Source: Candidatus Omnitrophota bacterium
Lineage (GTDB): Bacteria > Omnitrophota > Gorgyraeia > DTHP01
Length of the DNA: 64,000 nucleotides
Direction of reading: 5' to 3'
Assembly: GCA_023819145.1 (NCBI GenBank)
Contig: JAMWCW010000002.1
Coordinates: 139,231-203,230 of the forward strand
Each line of letters opens with the position of its first letter. The first letter of the stretch is position 1. The notes under the pieces are model-generated. The model searched no databases and had not been told where the DNA came from. It was given only the letters and a program-made list of their open reading frames with translations. Below are positions 63,045 through 64,000 of the stretch, in pieces. The position numbers and the translations under genes were made by a program.

Positions 63045-64000
63045 CTTTTTGATTATCCTCTATTCCTAACAATCTCTCCACTTCTTCTTTCTCCAGTACT
63101 TCTTTTTCTAAAAGCGCCTCTGCTAAAATTTTAAGTTTATCCTTGTTTTTATGTAACTCTTCCTTAGCACGATTATAGCAAGTATTAATAATATTACCTA
63201 CTTCCTGGTCAATGAGTAAAGCGGTAGCGTCGCTGTAATTTTTCTCCTCAAATATATCCCGACCAAGAAATATCTGTTGCTGGTCTCTTCCAAAAGTTAT
63301 ATGTCCTAATCTTTCACTCATGCCCAATTTGGTAACCATAATCCGGGCTATTTCGGTTGCCTGCTTCAAATCATTCTCTGCCCCTGTAGAAATATCTTCA
63401 AAAATAAGTTCTTCACTCGCACGCCCACCTAAAAAGATGGTTATTTGTCTCAAAAGTTCTTTCTTAGTATGTAAATATTTGTCTTCCAAAGGGAAATCCA
63501 TGGTATGCCCCAAAGAAATACCCCGGGGTAAAATGGTAACTTTTAAAGGACGGGTTGGCCCAGCAATAAAGAAAGAAATTAAGGCATGACCCGCCTCGTG
63601 ATAAGCTATCCTTAATTTTTCATCCTTACTTATAACCCGTGATTTCTTCTCTGGTCCCGCTACCACCCGTTCAATCGCTTCATTAAGGTCCGCCATATCT
63701 ACTGCTTCTTTATTTTTTCGCGCAGCCAAGAGAGCCGCTTCATTAACGAGATTAGCAAGGTCTGCTCCGGAGAAACCAGGAGTTTGCCGGGCAATATTCT
63801 TTAAATTAACATCGGAAGCAATCTTTATGTTCTGTGTATGAACCTTAAGAATCTCCTCTCTACCTTTGATATCGGGACGGTCGATAACAATAACTCGGTC
63901 AAATCTCCCCGGCCTTAGCAAAGCAGGGTCTAAAACATCGGGACGGTTAGTAGCCGCAATCACAATTATCCCTTGTTCTGTATTAAACCCATCCATTTCT
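63025..64000 (-). CDS. ftsH: ATP-dependent zinc metalloprotease FtsH (C-terminal part; 5' end outside window)
   Basis: [25 protein letters not shown] and GGRASEE. Confidence 0.97.
   Translation of the reverse strand, partial: EMDGFNTEQGIIVIAATNRPDVLDPALLRPGRFDRVIVIDRPDIKGREEILKVHTQNIKIASDVNLKNIARQTPGFSGADLANLVNEAALLAARKNKEAVDMADLNEAIERVVAGPEKKSRVISKDEKLRIAYHEAGHALISFFIAGPTRPLKVTILPRGISLGHTMDFPLEDKYLHTKKELLRQITIFLGGRASEELIFEDISTGAENDLKQATEIARIMVTKLGMSERLGHITFGRDQQQIFLGRDIFEEKNYSDATALLIDQEVGNIINTCYNRAKEELHKNKDKLKILAEALLEKEVLEKEEVERLLGIEDNQKDEGKTA

Noticed and set aside
220-63589. Many plus-strand ORFs in the track, e.g. 23790-24323, 47259-47825, 57024-57713
   Set aside because: They lie antisense to well-conserved genes or tRNAs and have no recognisable motifs, so they are treated as shadow ORFs

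Overview
Low-GC bacterial core-genome window with every credible gene on the minus strand. In transcription order (right to left): ftsH (partial), folP, cdaA, cdaR, pdxJ, acpS, nnrD; a tRNA cluster (Thr-Tyr-Gly, Thr) with tuf, rpmG, tRNA-Trp, secE, nusG, rplKAJL, rpoBC; the str, S10, spc and alpha ribosomal clusters (no rpmD); an archaeal-type LeuC/LeuD-like hydro-lyase pair with NADP-type icd; mdh, lpdA, lipB, lipA, a free-standing lipoyl domain, a glycolipid glycosyltransferase, an acyltransferase and gpsA; a decayed IS3-family element; exported TlpA-like, PKD and TPR proteins; polA, glgA, coaE, rho, DUF4416, trpBA, manC-like, ruvX, and M16 and M50 peptidases. Gene order and content suggest a PVC-related lineage such as Ca. 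Omnitrophota (inference only). The best candidate for an undescribed system is the operon that couples a stand-alone lipoyl carrier and its full lipoylation/redox machinery, with no E1, E2 core or glycine-cleavage partner in the window, to a glycolipid-acylation module. Other notable points are a probable two-subunit aconitase, a 4-Cys loop in EF-Tu, an L17 tail ending in an amphipathic helix, and an nnrD stop codon inside tRNA-Thr. No CRISPR array, rRNA or prophage was seen. All calls come from reading motifs by eye; no database searches were run.
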